Shown here: positions 1 through 8,409 of the stretch, one piece after another
Position numbering within the stretch: the stretch's first letter is position 1
Layout of the letters: each line of letters starts with the position of its first letter
Source: Poseidonia sp.
GTDB taxonomy: Archaea; Thermoplasmatota; Poseidoniia; Poseidoniales; Poseidoniaceae
Direction of reading: 5' to 3'
DNA: 64,000 bases
NCBI GenBank assembly: GCA_049617635.1
Contig: JBMZJQ010000003.1
Location: forward strand, 237-64,236
Position numbers and translations under genes: made by a program
The notes under the pieces: generated by a model
The model's input: the letters and a program-made list of their open reading frames with translations, nothing else
The model's database searches: none
Told to the model about the DNA's origin: nothing

Positions 1-2
1 CT

Positions 3-1481
3 GTGCCCTCAAAACCCCCCTTCGATGTTCAGCACGCCGAGCGCGAGTTGGAACACCTCCGAAGGTCCTCAACACACGTGGATTGGCACTCGCCTGAAGG
101 GTCCGTGTTTTCCCTCACTGTTCCGCCCACGGTCTACCCGCCTCGAGAAGACACCGATCTTTTGGCGAAGGTCGTTTCTCAGCAAGCCGCAGGGAGAGGT
201 CAACGATGGTTGGAAATCGGGACGGGTAGCGGGGCGCTCAGCGTGTATGCAGCCAGTCGAGGGTACAAGGTGACTGCTTGCGACATCAACCCCTATGCCG
301 TGGCAAGTACCCGGGCGAATTTGTCGCTGCACGGGTTTGTTGGAGAGGTCCACGAAGGAGGGCCTGGACCACGTCTCGACGGTGGAAAACACCAGTGGGG
401 GGGCCATCGTTCGTACGACATCGTTGTGTGGAATTTGCCCTATCTTCCCGCCTCTGAAATGGAAGGTGAGCGCTTGGGTCCCATGGAAGAGGCGGCGTTG
501 GTGGACAACGATGAGGTCGGGTTGTATTCGAGGTTCCTTCAGGAACTCCGTGACGGTTCCTTGTTGGCCCCTGGCGCTCTTGCCCTTGCCGTCGTCTCGT
601 CAAAGAAAGACGGAGATACTGCTTGCGAACAAGCGTGGGTTCAAGGTTTGGCTGCCAGCGTGTGTGCGATCCATGTGTTCGAGAGCGGAGAGGAATTGGC
701 GGTGGTCAAAGTGTGGAAACCCTACGAGCATTCAATGTTGAGGGTTGAAGCGTCGGTCAGCAGCACCAACGAGGTGCTGTTGAATGAAGACTCCAACGAA
801 GGCACCAGCTTACGCGCGCTCGTTCAGCATCAAGGGCGTGGTCAGCGTGGCAGAAGCTGGACGTCGACCGAAGGTGCCCTGCTCGCATCATGGGTGGTGG
901 GTCAGACAGCCGGAAGGTCGTTTGGAACCATGGACCAGGTCAACGTTGGCGCGATGTTAACCCGTTTGCTCCGGTTCCTCGGAAATGGCTCAAGCGAAAC
1001 GGTGTGTCTAAAGTGGCCCAACGACGTGTTTGTGAAGGATGTTGCACACCAACGTTGGCAAAAAACCGGGGGTGTGCTCTTCGAGGGCAAAACCCAAGGC
1101 GACGACACCAGAGTGGTGCTCGGCATTGGCATCAACACGGTTCACGATGCCAGCGCTTCCTTTGGGGGGCTCGATCTTCTCGGTCTCGACGTGCGGCCGA
1201 ACGACCTGCACAAGATGGTTCACGCCATGGTGGCATCCCTTTACGAATCGGCGCAGGGGCGCTCAAACGAATCATCGCTTTCGGTGGCTGTTCTCAACGA
1301 GGAGGTCGAATGCGGAGTGAAGCACCTTGGCCCAGTTTTCTATAGAGGCGTTATGCAATCGGTTGAGGGTCTTGGAAAGGACGGCATCCTTGTGTTGAGC
1401 AAGCCTCGCATCGAGTGTGACGACCCCAATGAATTGCGGTGGTCAAATGTCCAAATCGGCGTCGAGCACATCGTCGATTGA
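3..1481 (+). CDS. Fusion protein: HemK/Mtq2-like class I SAM methyltransferase (N-half) plus biotin--protein ligase catalytic domain (C-half). It may be 5'-truncated by the window edge (GTG at 3).
   Basis: N-half: VYPPREDTDLL, LEIGTGSGALS (SAM motif I), VWNLPY (NPPY-like motif IV). C-half: GRGQRGRSW (BirA GRGRxGRxW loop), KWPNDV, GIGINT. One uninterrupted 492-codon ORF. Confidence 0.8.
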   Translation: MPSKPPFDVQHAERELEHLRRSSTHVDWHSPEGSVFSLTVPPTVYPPREDTDLLAKVVSQQAAGRGQRWLEIGTGSGALSVYAASRGYKVTACDINPYAVASTRANLSLHGFVGEVHEGGPGPRLDGGKHQWGGHRSYDIVVWNLPYLPASEMEGERLGPMEEAALVDNDEVGLYSRFLQELRDGSLLAPGALALAVVSSKKDGDTACEQAWVQGLAASVCAIHVFESGEELAVVKVWKPYEHSMLRVEASVSSTNEVLLNEDSNEGTSLRALVQHQGRGQRGRSWTSTEGALLASWVVGQTAGRSFGTMDQVNVGAMLTRLLRFLGNGSSETVCLKWPNDVFVKDVAHQRWQKTGGVLFEGKTQGDDTRVVLGIGINTVHDASASFGGLDLLGLDVRPNDLHKMVHAMVASLYESAQGRSNESSLSVAVLNEEVECGVKHLGPVFYRGVMQSVEGLGKDGILVLSKPRIECDDPNELRWSNVQIGVEHIVD

Positions 1482-1967
1482 AGGGGCCGTTTTTGTTTCG
1501 TGTTCTTCAGCAATCGCCTGACGTTGATACAACCCAAAAGCAAGCAACAAGGCGCCCACTGGAAACGGGAGGAGGTCGATCATCAGCTTGCGATCGATGT
1601 CGAGATTGAGCGTGGCTTCAACGCCCTTGGTGTCGATCTCATAGGTGTAATAACCGCCTTCGTCCACATCCAGCGTTCGGCTGACCGTCTGGCCTGCGGC
1701 CATGACGATGGACTCTGCGCTGAGGATGGTGTTTTCTTCGTCGTAAAAGACGATGCGCACCGTGGTTTCGTTCTCAACCGTCAACTCGATTTGAAAGGCA
1801 TCCCCGCTCATCATCGAGGCCCCGTTCAAGTAAGGCTCACCGCCCTGTTCAATGGCTACAGGTGTGACCCAGGCTTGCATGAACAACGCACCGAGCAGCA
1901 GCGTCGTTCCTGTCAAGATGAAGACCTCGTTCATCTTCATCTTCGGGGCAGTTCCGCCGGCTCCCAT
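1443..1967 (-). CDS. Hypothetical bitopic membrane protein
   Basis: ORF 1443..2078. Start placed at an internal ATG (MGAGG...) downstream of the Pop5 stop. Hydrophobic segments FILTGTTLLLGALFM and LLPFPVGALLLAFGLY. No family recognised. Confidence 0.45.
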   Translation of the reverse strand: MGAGGTAPKMKMNEVFILTGTTLLLGALFMQAWVTPVAIEQGGEPYLNGASMMSGDAFQIELTVENETTVRIVFYDEENTILSAESIVMAAGQTVSRTLDVDEGGYYTYEIDTKGVEATLNLDIDRKLMIDLLPFPVGALLLAFGLYQRQAIAEEHETKTAPSIDDVLDADLDI

Positions 1968-2046
1968 GGAACGGCGTAACCAACGATACTCTTGAGCCTC
2001 TCGCTGGATTCGGATGCTTCGTTTACTCCATTGTACCCGCCAGTGG

Positions 2047-2436
2047 TCATCGCCGTCGTCTTGGTTTCGGGATTCCAAGGCGCTCGCGAACCAATCGAAT
2101 TTTGCCGCTGGTGCTGAGGCTCACCATGCCGTGGAGGCTCAGGGCTTCGCTGTGTTGGAGGTGTTCTCGAAGTTCGTTAACATGCGTGAGTGGAACTTGC
2201 AAAATGGCCAGTCCACCTTCAAGGTCGTTGGCGAGGGTGTGTTCGTGCTCAACACTTCGTTGGGTGCGTTCGTTCGGAGAGAGGAAATCCATCAGGCGAA
2301 CGGGTTTGATGTCCATGCGTTCGCACAAGGTTGCAACGCAGGCATCAACGTCCTCTCGGGTCGTGAAGGTCGGGTCCACAAGGACGCCGACCCATCTTCG
2401 CTTCCCTCGCAAGGCCTTCGTGAGCCGCTTCGCCAC
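2047..2436 (-). CDS. rnp2: RNase P protein component 2 (Pop5/Rpp14 family)
   Basis: GTG start. N-terminal LRGKRRWVGVLV matches the Pop5 LRxKxRYIxF motif, and C-terminal STSGKIRLVRERL matches the recalled Pyrococcus Pop5 GVSGTIKRLKRKF. About 129 aa, the typical size. Confidence 0.6.
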   Translation of the reverse strand: MAKRLTKALRGKRRWVGVLVDPTFTTREDVDACVATLCERMDIKPVRLMDFLSPNERTQRSVEHEHTLANDLEGGLAILQVPLTHVNELREHLQHSEALSLHGMVSLSTSGKIRLVRERLGIPKPRRRR

Positions 2437-2518
2437 GTAGGGGCCAAGGCCTCACTGTTCAAGAGATTTCACTCTCCCACGACCATACCCTCAAAACGGG
2501 TCGTCGCTACGTCTGGTC

Positions 2519-3925
2519 ATGGAGCCCGAAGGGTTGGACCACCCCGAGGATGAGCGCAATGAAGGCTCCCTTGAAGCGTTCAAACAAGATGGCTCCTCCC
2601 TGCTCGACCTGCTTCGGGTTCTGCTCAGCCCCAAGACCTTTCCTCACGTGGTCTTGCTGGCAGCGATGGGGATTTTCCTCTACTTCATGAGCATCAACGA
2701 CGGTGAAGAATTCGCCGCACAGGGGTACCTCTCGTTGGCGGGGGGTTACATCATCACGGGTTTGCTGAGTCATGTTGAGGCGATTCAACGCTGGACCCAA
2801 CTTCAGGGCGCAGAGGATGACCAACGAGGTTGGCTTCTCAGGATGTTCACCTCCTTTCGAATCTGCCTTTTTCCGGCAGCCATGGCCGGACTGACCTTCG
2901 TTCTCCTCCGTACGCTCATCGGAGAGGGGGGGTTGCTTGGAAACTGGCTTTCGTTCCTGCCGCTGGCGCTTGGTTTCGGCTTCGTTCTTTGGGCGATTGT
3001 CCAAGGATTGGGTGTTGGGCGATGGCTCTCGAGGGTTTCAGCCTCACGCCTTCCCAGCGACGGCGACCGTCTCAACCCTTCCACTCGGTTGAGCAGCGGT
3101 GGAAGTTTTGTTGCGATTGTGCTGCTCACGATTGGATTGTTGATGGGGTTCGAATGGCTTTCATCCGTCGGTCAAGCCCCGGGACTGGGCGAGGTTCTGC
3201 TTGGAAATCCCGCCTTCTTCGTCCTCGTGGTTGGGGTCTTCATCCTCGCTTGGAAGCGAACGGGGAGCCAGCGCTATGAGGCAGCGAAATCGAAGGAACT
3301 CCACTCGTTCGCCGGTCGGTGGATGTTCCTGAGCCAGGTCCTCGTTTCTTGGCATCTGTTCACGGTTTGGAGACACTTGGTCCTATCAGAATACAAAGCG
3401 TGGACCATGGTCGAAGAGGTGTTGTTGATGATGTTCACCATCATCATGGCGATTTGGAGCCTCACCTCTCGCTCGTTTAAGTCCCCGTTCAATTTGCTCA
3501 GCACGACCAATGCGTTGCCCATGGGGTTGGCCTTTGGGTATGCCTATGCGGGGAGCGTTGCCATGGTGTCCGAGGTCTTGGGGGACGTCAAACAGGTGTT
3601 CATCGCCGGTCACATCATCGTTGTCTTGACGCTTTTGTGGATGCAACCACGCGTGTTGGACACGGTGGTCGGACGCAACCACAGGGATTCGGCGATCAAA
3701 GCCATGGTTGAACGGACAGAACCCGCTGAAGACCCCGATGCAGCAACGCCGCCCGCGAGTGAAGATGAAGCCACCCCTGAGGTGGAGATGCAGGCCGTGA
3801 CCGAGGAAAATCTGGCGGGTGACGATGATAGCAACTTCCCTGAGTTTCAAGGCGTGGAATGGAAGGAACCCGAGGTGTTGGCGACCGGCGTGGAGTGGGA
3901 CGACGAGGTCGAACTCGTCGATTAG
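2519..3925 (+). CDS. Hypothetical polytopic membrane protein with acidic C-terminal tail
   Basis: 468-codon ORF with roughly 9-10 hydrophobic helices by eye and a Glu/Asp-rich C-terminus (PAEDPDAATPPASEDEATPEVEMQ...). No family recognised. Confidence 0.6.
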   Translation: MEPEGLDHPEDERNEGSLEAFKQDGSSLLDLLRVLLSPKTFPHVVLLAAMGIFLYFMSINDGEEFAAQGYLSLAGGYIITGLLSHVEAIQRWTQLQGAEDDQRGWLLRMFTSFRICLFPAAMAGLTFVLLRTLIGEGGLLGNWLSFLPLALGFGFVLWAIVQGLGVGRWLSRVSASRLPSDGDRLNPSTRLSSGGSFVAIVLLTIGLLMGFEWLSSVGQAPGLGEVLLGNPAFFVLVVGVFILAWKRTGSQRYEAAKSKELHSFAGRWMFLSQVLVSWHLFTVWRHLVLSEYKAWTMVEEVLLMMFTIIMAIWSLTSRSFKSPFNLLSTTNALPMGLAFGYAYAGSVAMVSEVLGDVKQVFIAGHIIVVLTLLWMQPRVLDTVVGRNHRDSAIKAMVERTEPAEDPDAATPPASEDEATPEVEMQAVTEENLAGDDDSNFPEFQGVEWKEPEVLATGVEWDDEVELVD

Positions 3926-4863
3926 CCGCTTTGAATTCCAGAAAGCAACGTCACCACACGTATCGTATCTTCGAGGTCCTCGCTGACACGTGCTCCAAAA
4001 ATCAACTGAGCGTCATCGTCAACGGCGCTGGTGAACAAGTCGGCCACAGCCGTCACCTGTCCGATGGTCATACCGAGGCCTCCTTCCACTTGGATGAGGC
4101 AACCCTTTGCCCCACTGACGTCCATTTCGGCCAGGGGGGCTTTGAGCGCCGACTCGAGGATGCCTCGCGGGTCGTCAGGGCGGCCGATACCCACCAGCAT
4201 CGTGGCCTCTCCGGTTTGGTTCACGATGGCTCGCAAGTCCATCAAATCGAGGTTGATGAGGCCCATGCGCATGAGGGTACGAACCAAACCATCGACGAGA
4301 TCTTCAATCCACTCAGCACCCATTTGCCAAAGTTGGCCACGCTCTCTGGCTTGGCGGGCCAAGCGTTCGAGCGACAAACGAACCGTGACGTGGGCCGTGT
4401 TTTCTAATCGTGTCAGCCCCTCCATGGCCAACTCGAGCCTCGTGGGCTGTGCTTCAAACGGCAGCCCTGCTACGGCCAACACGATGGCGCCTGATTGCCT
4501 TGCTTGACGAGCGAATTCTTGAGCCGCACCCGTGCCGACACCACCGCCCAAACCCGTGAGCAAAATCACCAATTCGGTGTCGCTCAACAATTTTGAGGTG
4601 AGGGTGCTGAGGCCCCGCATTCGTTGTTCTGCCAACGGCGGAAGGGCGGCACAACCGACGCTGTCGAGGGCATGTCCGAGTCGAAGGTTGTGGATGGACT
4701 CGCCGACATGAAAACTGGCTTCATCGGCGTCGATGAGGGCGAGATGAGCCGCACCTTGGCAGCGTTGGAAGGCTTGATGGGCCCACGCACACCCGATGCC
4801 CCCAACACCAGCGATGAGGATGTTGGAGGCGTCCATGCTCGCCACGGTGCATGGCATCTCCAT
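3922..4863 (-). CDS. Divergent FtsZ/tubulin-superfamily protein with degenerate GTP-binding loops and no C-terminal tail
   Basis: Colinear with FtsZ. ILIAGVGGIGCAWA versus GVGGGGxNA; LLTGLGGGVGTGAA versus GMGGGTGTGAAP; LPFEAQPTR versus KPFxFEGxxR; T7-like INLDLMDLRAIV versus NVDFADVR; GAKGCLIQVEGG versus GAkGvLvnitgg. 313 aa, ending directly after the C-terminal domain. Confidence 0.7.
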   Translation of the reverse strand: MEMPCTVASMDASNILIAGVGGIGCAWAHQAFQRCQGAAHLALIDADEASFHVGESIHNLRLGHALDSVGCAALPPLAEQRMRGLSTLTSKLLSDTELVILLTGLGGGVGTGAAQEFARQARQSGAIVLAVAGLPFEAQPTRLELAMEGLTRLENTAHVTVRLSLERLARQARERGQLWQMGAEWIEDLVDGLVRTLMRMGLINLDLMDLRAIVNQTGEATMLVGIGRPDDPRGILESALKAPLAEMDVSGAKGCLIQVEGGLGMTIGQVTAVADLFTSAVDDDAQLIFGARVSEDLEDTIRVVTLLSGIQSG

Positions 4864-4885
4864 GAACTTTGGTGTCGTTCACGGC

Positions 4886-5185
4886 TCATTCGATGTAGCG
4901 CATGTAACGCCTTCGGGCGTCTCGAGCCCATGCGTTGTCGGGCTCAAGGGCCAGTACCCGGTCGTAGTATTCCACCGCGGTTTCAAATTCCGAGAGGTGG
5001 CGCCCGTACAAGTGACCCAGGTTGGAGAGGACTGGAATGCAATCTTCGTCGGCTTTGAGCATGGAAAGAAGCATTTTTTCTGCCGCACCGAGTGAGCCTT
5101 TGAGCATGAGATCTTCGGCTTCGTCCAACATCTCGAGTTGTTGTTCGGAGAGGTTGTAGGTGTTTTCAAACGGGTGGTTGGACAT
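4886..5185 (-). CDS. Small TPR-repeat protein
   Basis: Start at the internal ATG (MSNHPFEN...). TPR-like LGHLYGRHLSEFETAVEYYDRVLALEPDNAWA. Ends 23 nt upstream of the FtsZ-like gene on the same strand. Confidence 0.55.
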   Translation of the reverse strand: MSNHPFENTYNLSEQQLEMLDEAEDLMLKGSLGAAEKMLLSMLKADEDCIPVLSNLGHLYGRHLSEFETAVEYYDRVLALEPDNAWARDARRRYMRYIE

Positions 5186-5377
5186 GCTGCTCACCGTTGG
5201 GAAAAAACCGAGGAAAATGAACCCTTCTGCCCCCGGACCCCTCCTGTGGTCCAAATTTGAAAGATTGGGGTTAGAAAATCTCTCAAAAAACGCTATACTG
5301 CGCCGCACTTTCTGTGGTGTTTTGCTGACAATGTTTAAGGAGTCCTTCCAAGTCGGAAAGGGTGTAAGGGTGAGGCT

Positions 5378-6223
5378 ATGCACAAATCTGCTTCGACATC
5401 CCGCATTGCGCTCCTCACGCTGGTGGGCGTCTTGCTGCTCCTCCCCACGCTCGCTTCGTCGTATCACGGCGGCATCGGCGGCGCTCAATCCCACCAAGGT
5501 TCAACCGGGCAAGTCGACATCGCCGATGTGGCAAAAACCGGGTGCCTCTGCCACAACGAAGTTGCCGACAACACCGTTCAGGTCATTCTTGACGACGTGC
5601 CCTACGGGTGGGTAGCAGGCGAGACCTACACCTTCCAGCTCCAACTCATCGGTGGCCCCACGTCATCTGGCCCGTACTACGGCGGCTTCTCCATGCGAGT
5701 CTCCCTTGGAACCCTTGCCAGTGCAGAGGGTCAGAACTGGGAAATTGACGGTGCTCTTGACGAACAATCGCTCACTCACACCGAAGCTTCTTCGGCCAAC
5801 GAGGACCGAGCATGGGTCATTGAATGGACGGCTCCTGCAGATGCTGGTGCCGGTGAAGTGAACTTCTGGATCGTCGGCAACTCCGTGAACGGTGACCAAG
5901 TTCCCGGCGTCGAAGACCGATGGAACCAACTGAATTTTGCTCTCTACGAAGGCGATGCATCGACCACCGCCATGGGCACCCGAACCTTGTTTGCCGGTGA
6001 TGGCAATGTGAGCCCTCCCGAGCCTGCCCACCACGGCGTTGACCTGCATCACATGGGTGCCAAACTGCGCGCCCACTGGCTCGGACTGCTCGGGTTTGGA
6101 GCCGTCATTGGCGTGATTATTTTCGCCGGCCTCTTGCTCCGCTACGGCTTTTCAACCTCTTACGAAGGGCGCACCAACCAACTGCGACTTCGCTACAAAC
6201 TCATGCGACGAGGTGATCAATGA
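5378..6223 (+). CDS. Secreted, C-terminally membrane-anchored protein with a CLCH motif and juxtamembrane His cluster; first gene of the Rieske/cytochrome b operon
   Basis: Signal peptide ALLTLVGVLLLLPTLASS. Only two Cys, in TGCLCHN (5543-5554). HHGVDLHHMGAKLRAH lies just before the TM helix LGLLGFGAVIGVIIFAGLLL. GGTGAGG SD-like motif upstream. The stop overlaps the next start (ATGA). Confidence 0.7.
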   Translation: MHKSASTSRIALLTLVGVLLLLPTLASSYHGGIGGAQSHQGSTGQVDIADVAKTGCLCHNEVADNTVQVILDDVPYGWVAGETYTFQLQLIGGPTSSGPYYGGFSMRVSLGTLASAEGQNWEIDGALDEQSLTHTEASSANEDRAWVIEWTAPADAGAGEVNFWIVGNSVNGDQVPGVEDRWNQLNFALYEGDASTTAMGTRTLFAGDGNVSPPEPAHHGVDLHHMGAKLRAHWLGLLGFGAVIGVIIFAGLLLRYGFSTSYEGRTNQLRLRYKLMRRGDQ

Positions 6224-6666
6224 TGGATGACACAATCACCACGCTCTTGCGAGGGGTTGCCGATGGAAGCATCAGCGTCGATGACGCCCGCACTGCGCTT
6301 GAGGGGGCAGAACTCACCGAGGACCAAATGACCTCGGCCATCGACCATGGTGTGTTCAATGTCGCCGAACCTGGGACCATTGTGAGCGCATCCCTTGCAC
6401 CTTCTGGAGGCTCGTACCTCACCATGTTCTTCTTCGCATGGGGCCTGTTCTGGATTTGTTACTGGAGTTTCTCCATGATTTACGGCCTTGCCAACGGATG
6501 GGACCAACAACAACTCTCGTTCCACCTTGCCATGACCTTGACCACCCTCATCATGGTGGGCATCATCTACCTCAAGTACATCCTGCCTGACACCATCATC
6601 GTCAAGCACGCCCAGAACAAATTCATTCCAGAGCACCAGAAAGACTGGCGGGAGTACAAGTGGTGA
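6220..6666 (+). CDS. Small two-helix membrane protein (operon subunit, unknown family)
   Basis: ATGA overlap with the upstream gene. Hydrophobic helices YLTMFFFAWGLFWICYWSFSMIYGL and LAMTLTTLIMVGIIYL. Confidence 0.6.
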   Translation: MMDDTITTLLRGVADGSISVDDARTALEGAELTEDQMTSAIDHGVFNVAEPGTIVSASLAPSGGSYLTMFFFAWGLFWICYWSFSMIYGLANGWDQQQLSFHLAMTLTTLIMVGIIYLKYILPDTIIVKHAQNKFIPEHQKDWREYKW

Positions 6667-6672
6667 TGCACA

Positions 6673-7518
6673 ATGGCACGAGAATACGAACTCAAACCCG
6701 CTCCATCCGACCTTGCAGACGGTGCCGCCGGTGCTGCAACCACCATCAATCGACGCCAATTCCTTCGCTACGGTTTCAACACCGCCGCAGGTGTGTTGAC
6801 CGCCTCTATCGGAATGCTTGGTTTTGCGGCCATTCTGTTGCCTCCGGGCGGCGGAGGCGGAGGTGACCTCGCTGTCCAATTCTGGGCCAAGGGCCGTGAA
6901 GACGAAGCATGGTACGGTGCCAAGCACCTTCAGCCCATGACCAAATCTGACTTCGTGGCCGAGGCGGCCAAGTCCTCCACGGGTACCGCAGGTGCAGCCG
7001 GTGTTTGGAACGGCGTGCCGGTGGTGGTGAATTACGTCGAGCACTCAAAGTATGCGGGAACGCCCGAATCCAACGGAAAAGCCCGCTTCCAATTCATGGA
7101 AGGCTACGACGAGACCGGCAAGTACGTTGGTCATTTCGAAGACCTGGCTGAGGCTGACCCACGCTTGATGCCTTCTGACGACCTCGTGATGGTCTTTGGT
7201 CGATGCACCCACCTGTGTTGCATCCCGGGATGGCAACTGGTGTCGAACTCCTTTACTGAGGACTCGTGGACGCCCGGCGGTGGTGACGACGGTGGTACCA
7301 AGATGTTCTGCATTTGCCATTCCTCTCGCTTTGACCCTACGGCGCTTGAGATGAACACCAACCGTAACCGTTCCAACGGAGCCACGTTCAACTACGTCGG
7401 CATCCGCCGAGCCGGTGGACCTGCGCCTGTGGGCTTGCCGCTGATCCCTATCCAACTCAACGGCGATGTCATTGAAGGCATCACCGATTATGTGGACTGG
7501 TACACGTACTGTGATTGA
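6673..7518 (+). CDS. Rieske [2Fe-2S] iron-sulfur protein with Tat-type signal/anchor
   Basis: Twin-arginine NRRQFLRYG plus a TM helix. Box I CTHLCC (7204-7221) and box II CICHSS (7309-7326). GGTGAT SD-like motif upstream. Confidence 0.9.
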   Translation: MAREYELKPAPSDLADGAAGAATTINRRQFLRYGFNTAAGVLTASIGMLGFAAILLPPGGGGGGDLAVQFWAKGREDEAWYGAKHLQPMTKSDFVAEAAKSSTGTAGAAGVWNGVPVVVNYVEHSKYAGTPESNGKARFQFMEGYDETGKYVGHFEDLAEADPRLMPSDDLVMVFGRCTHLCCIPGWQLVSNSFTEDSWTPGGGDDGGTKMFCICHSSRFDPTALEMNTNRNRSNGATFNYVGIRRAGGPAPVGLPLIPIQLNGDVIEGITDYVDWYTYCD

Positions 7519-7527
7519 GGTGAAGAC

Positions 7528-8394
7528 ATGACGACAATGTTCTGGATTTTGTGGTTCTTCATCGCGTTCCTCGTTCTTATCGTGGCGTTCACGCTGCGTA
7601 AAGAAAACGAGGAGATGCCCCGCCGGGATATTCTTCGGGCCGTGGAATCCACCGGGAAAATGGGCGTCGCTGAACGCTCGTTCCTCTGGGTGTTTTCCTG
7701 GCTCGATACCCGGTTTCGGCTACAGGACTACTGGAACATGTCAAAGGGTGCGTACTACAACATGCACCGCCAAATGCCGCTGACGCACGCCGAGAAGTAC
7801 AAGTTGCGCATCATTTGGTACTGGTACCCTCTCTACTGTTTGGGAGGTATCTCCTTCCTGTCCTTCATCATCCTCGTCATCACGGGAACCGTGCTGGGTA
7901 TCTACTACGTGCCCGGTGGTGAAGGTGACCCCTCCCCGGCTTATGCCAGCATGCAGTACATCATGACCCAGCTTCCGTTCGGCTACATCCTTCGAGCCGT
8001 TCACCACTGGACAACGCACTTCATGGTCGCCAGTGTGTTCCTTCACATGTGTCGCGTCTACTTTACCGGTGCCTACCGCAACCCGCGCGAACTCAACTGG
8101 CTCATCGGTGTGGCACTGATGGCCCTCACCATCGTGTTTGGATACTCCGGGTACCTCTTGCCGTGGGACAGTCTTGCCTACGGTGCTGCCATCATCGGTA
8201 TCAACTTGGCCAACTCCAGCCCGCTGGTGGGCAAGTACATCGCCACCCTCCTGTTTTCTGGTTCGGAATTGACGCCGCTGACGGTCACTCGAATGTACTT
8301 CATTCACGTTTTCATCTTGCCCGTGATCGTGACCACCCTCATCATCATCCATTTGTTCATCGTTTGGGTACAAGGAATTGCGGAGCCGCATTGA
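7528..8394 (+). CDS. petB: Cytochrome b, N-terminal four-helix (b6-like) subunit
   Basis: RAVHHWTTHFMVASVFLHMCRVYFTGAYRNPRELNWLIGV and GYLLPWD. Helix-D His pair in RMYFIHVFILPVIVTTLIIIHL, so four haem-ligand His are present. GAGGTGA SD upstream. Confidence 0.9.
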   Translation: MTTMFWILWFFIAFLVLIVAFTLRKENEEMPRRDILRAVESTGKMGVAERSFLWVFSWLDTRFRLQDYWNMSKGAYYNMHRQMPLTHAEKYKLRIIWYWYPLYCLGGISFLSFIILVITGTVLGIYYVPGGEGDPSPAYASMQYIMTQLPFGYILRAVHHWTTHFMVASVFLHMCRVYFTGAYRNPRELNWLIGVALMALTIVFGYSGYLLPWDSLAYGAAIIGINLANSSPLVGKYIATLLFSGSELTPLTVTRMYFIHVFILPVIVTTLIIIHLFIVWVQGIAEPH

Positions 8395-8409
8395 TACGGA
8401 GGGAATGAC

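Noticed and set aside
5543-5554. The CLCH motif considered as a c-type haem attachment site.
   Set aside because: Canonical covalent haem attachment needs CxxCH (or CxxxCH/CxxxxCH). CxCH does not fit, so only a generic candidate metal or cofactor site is claimed.
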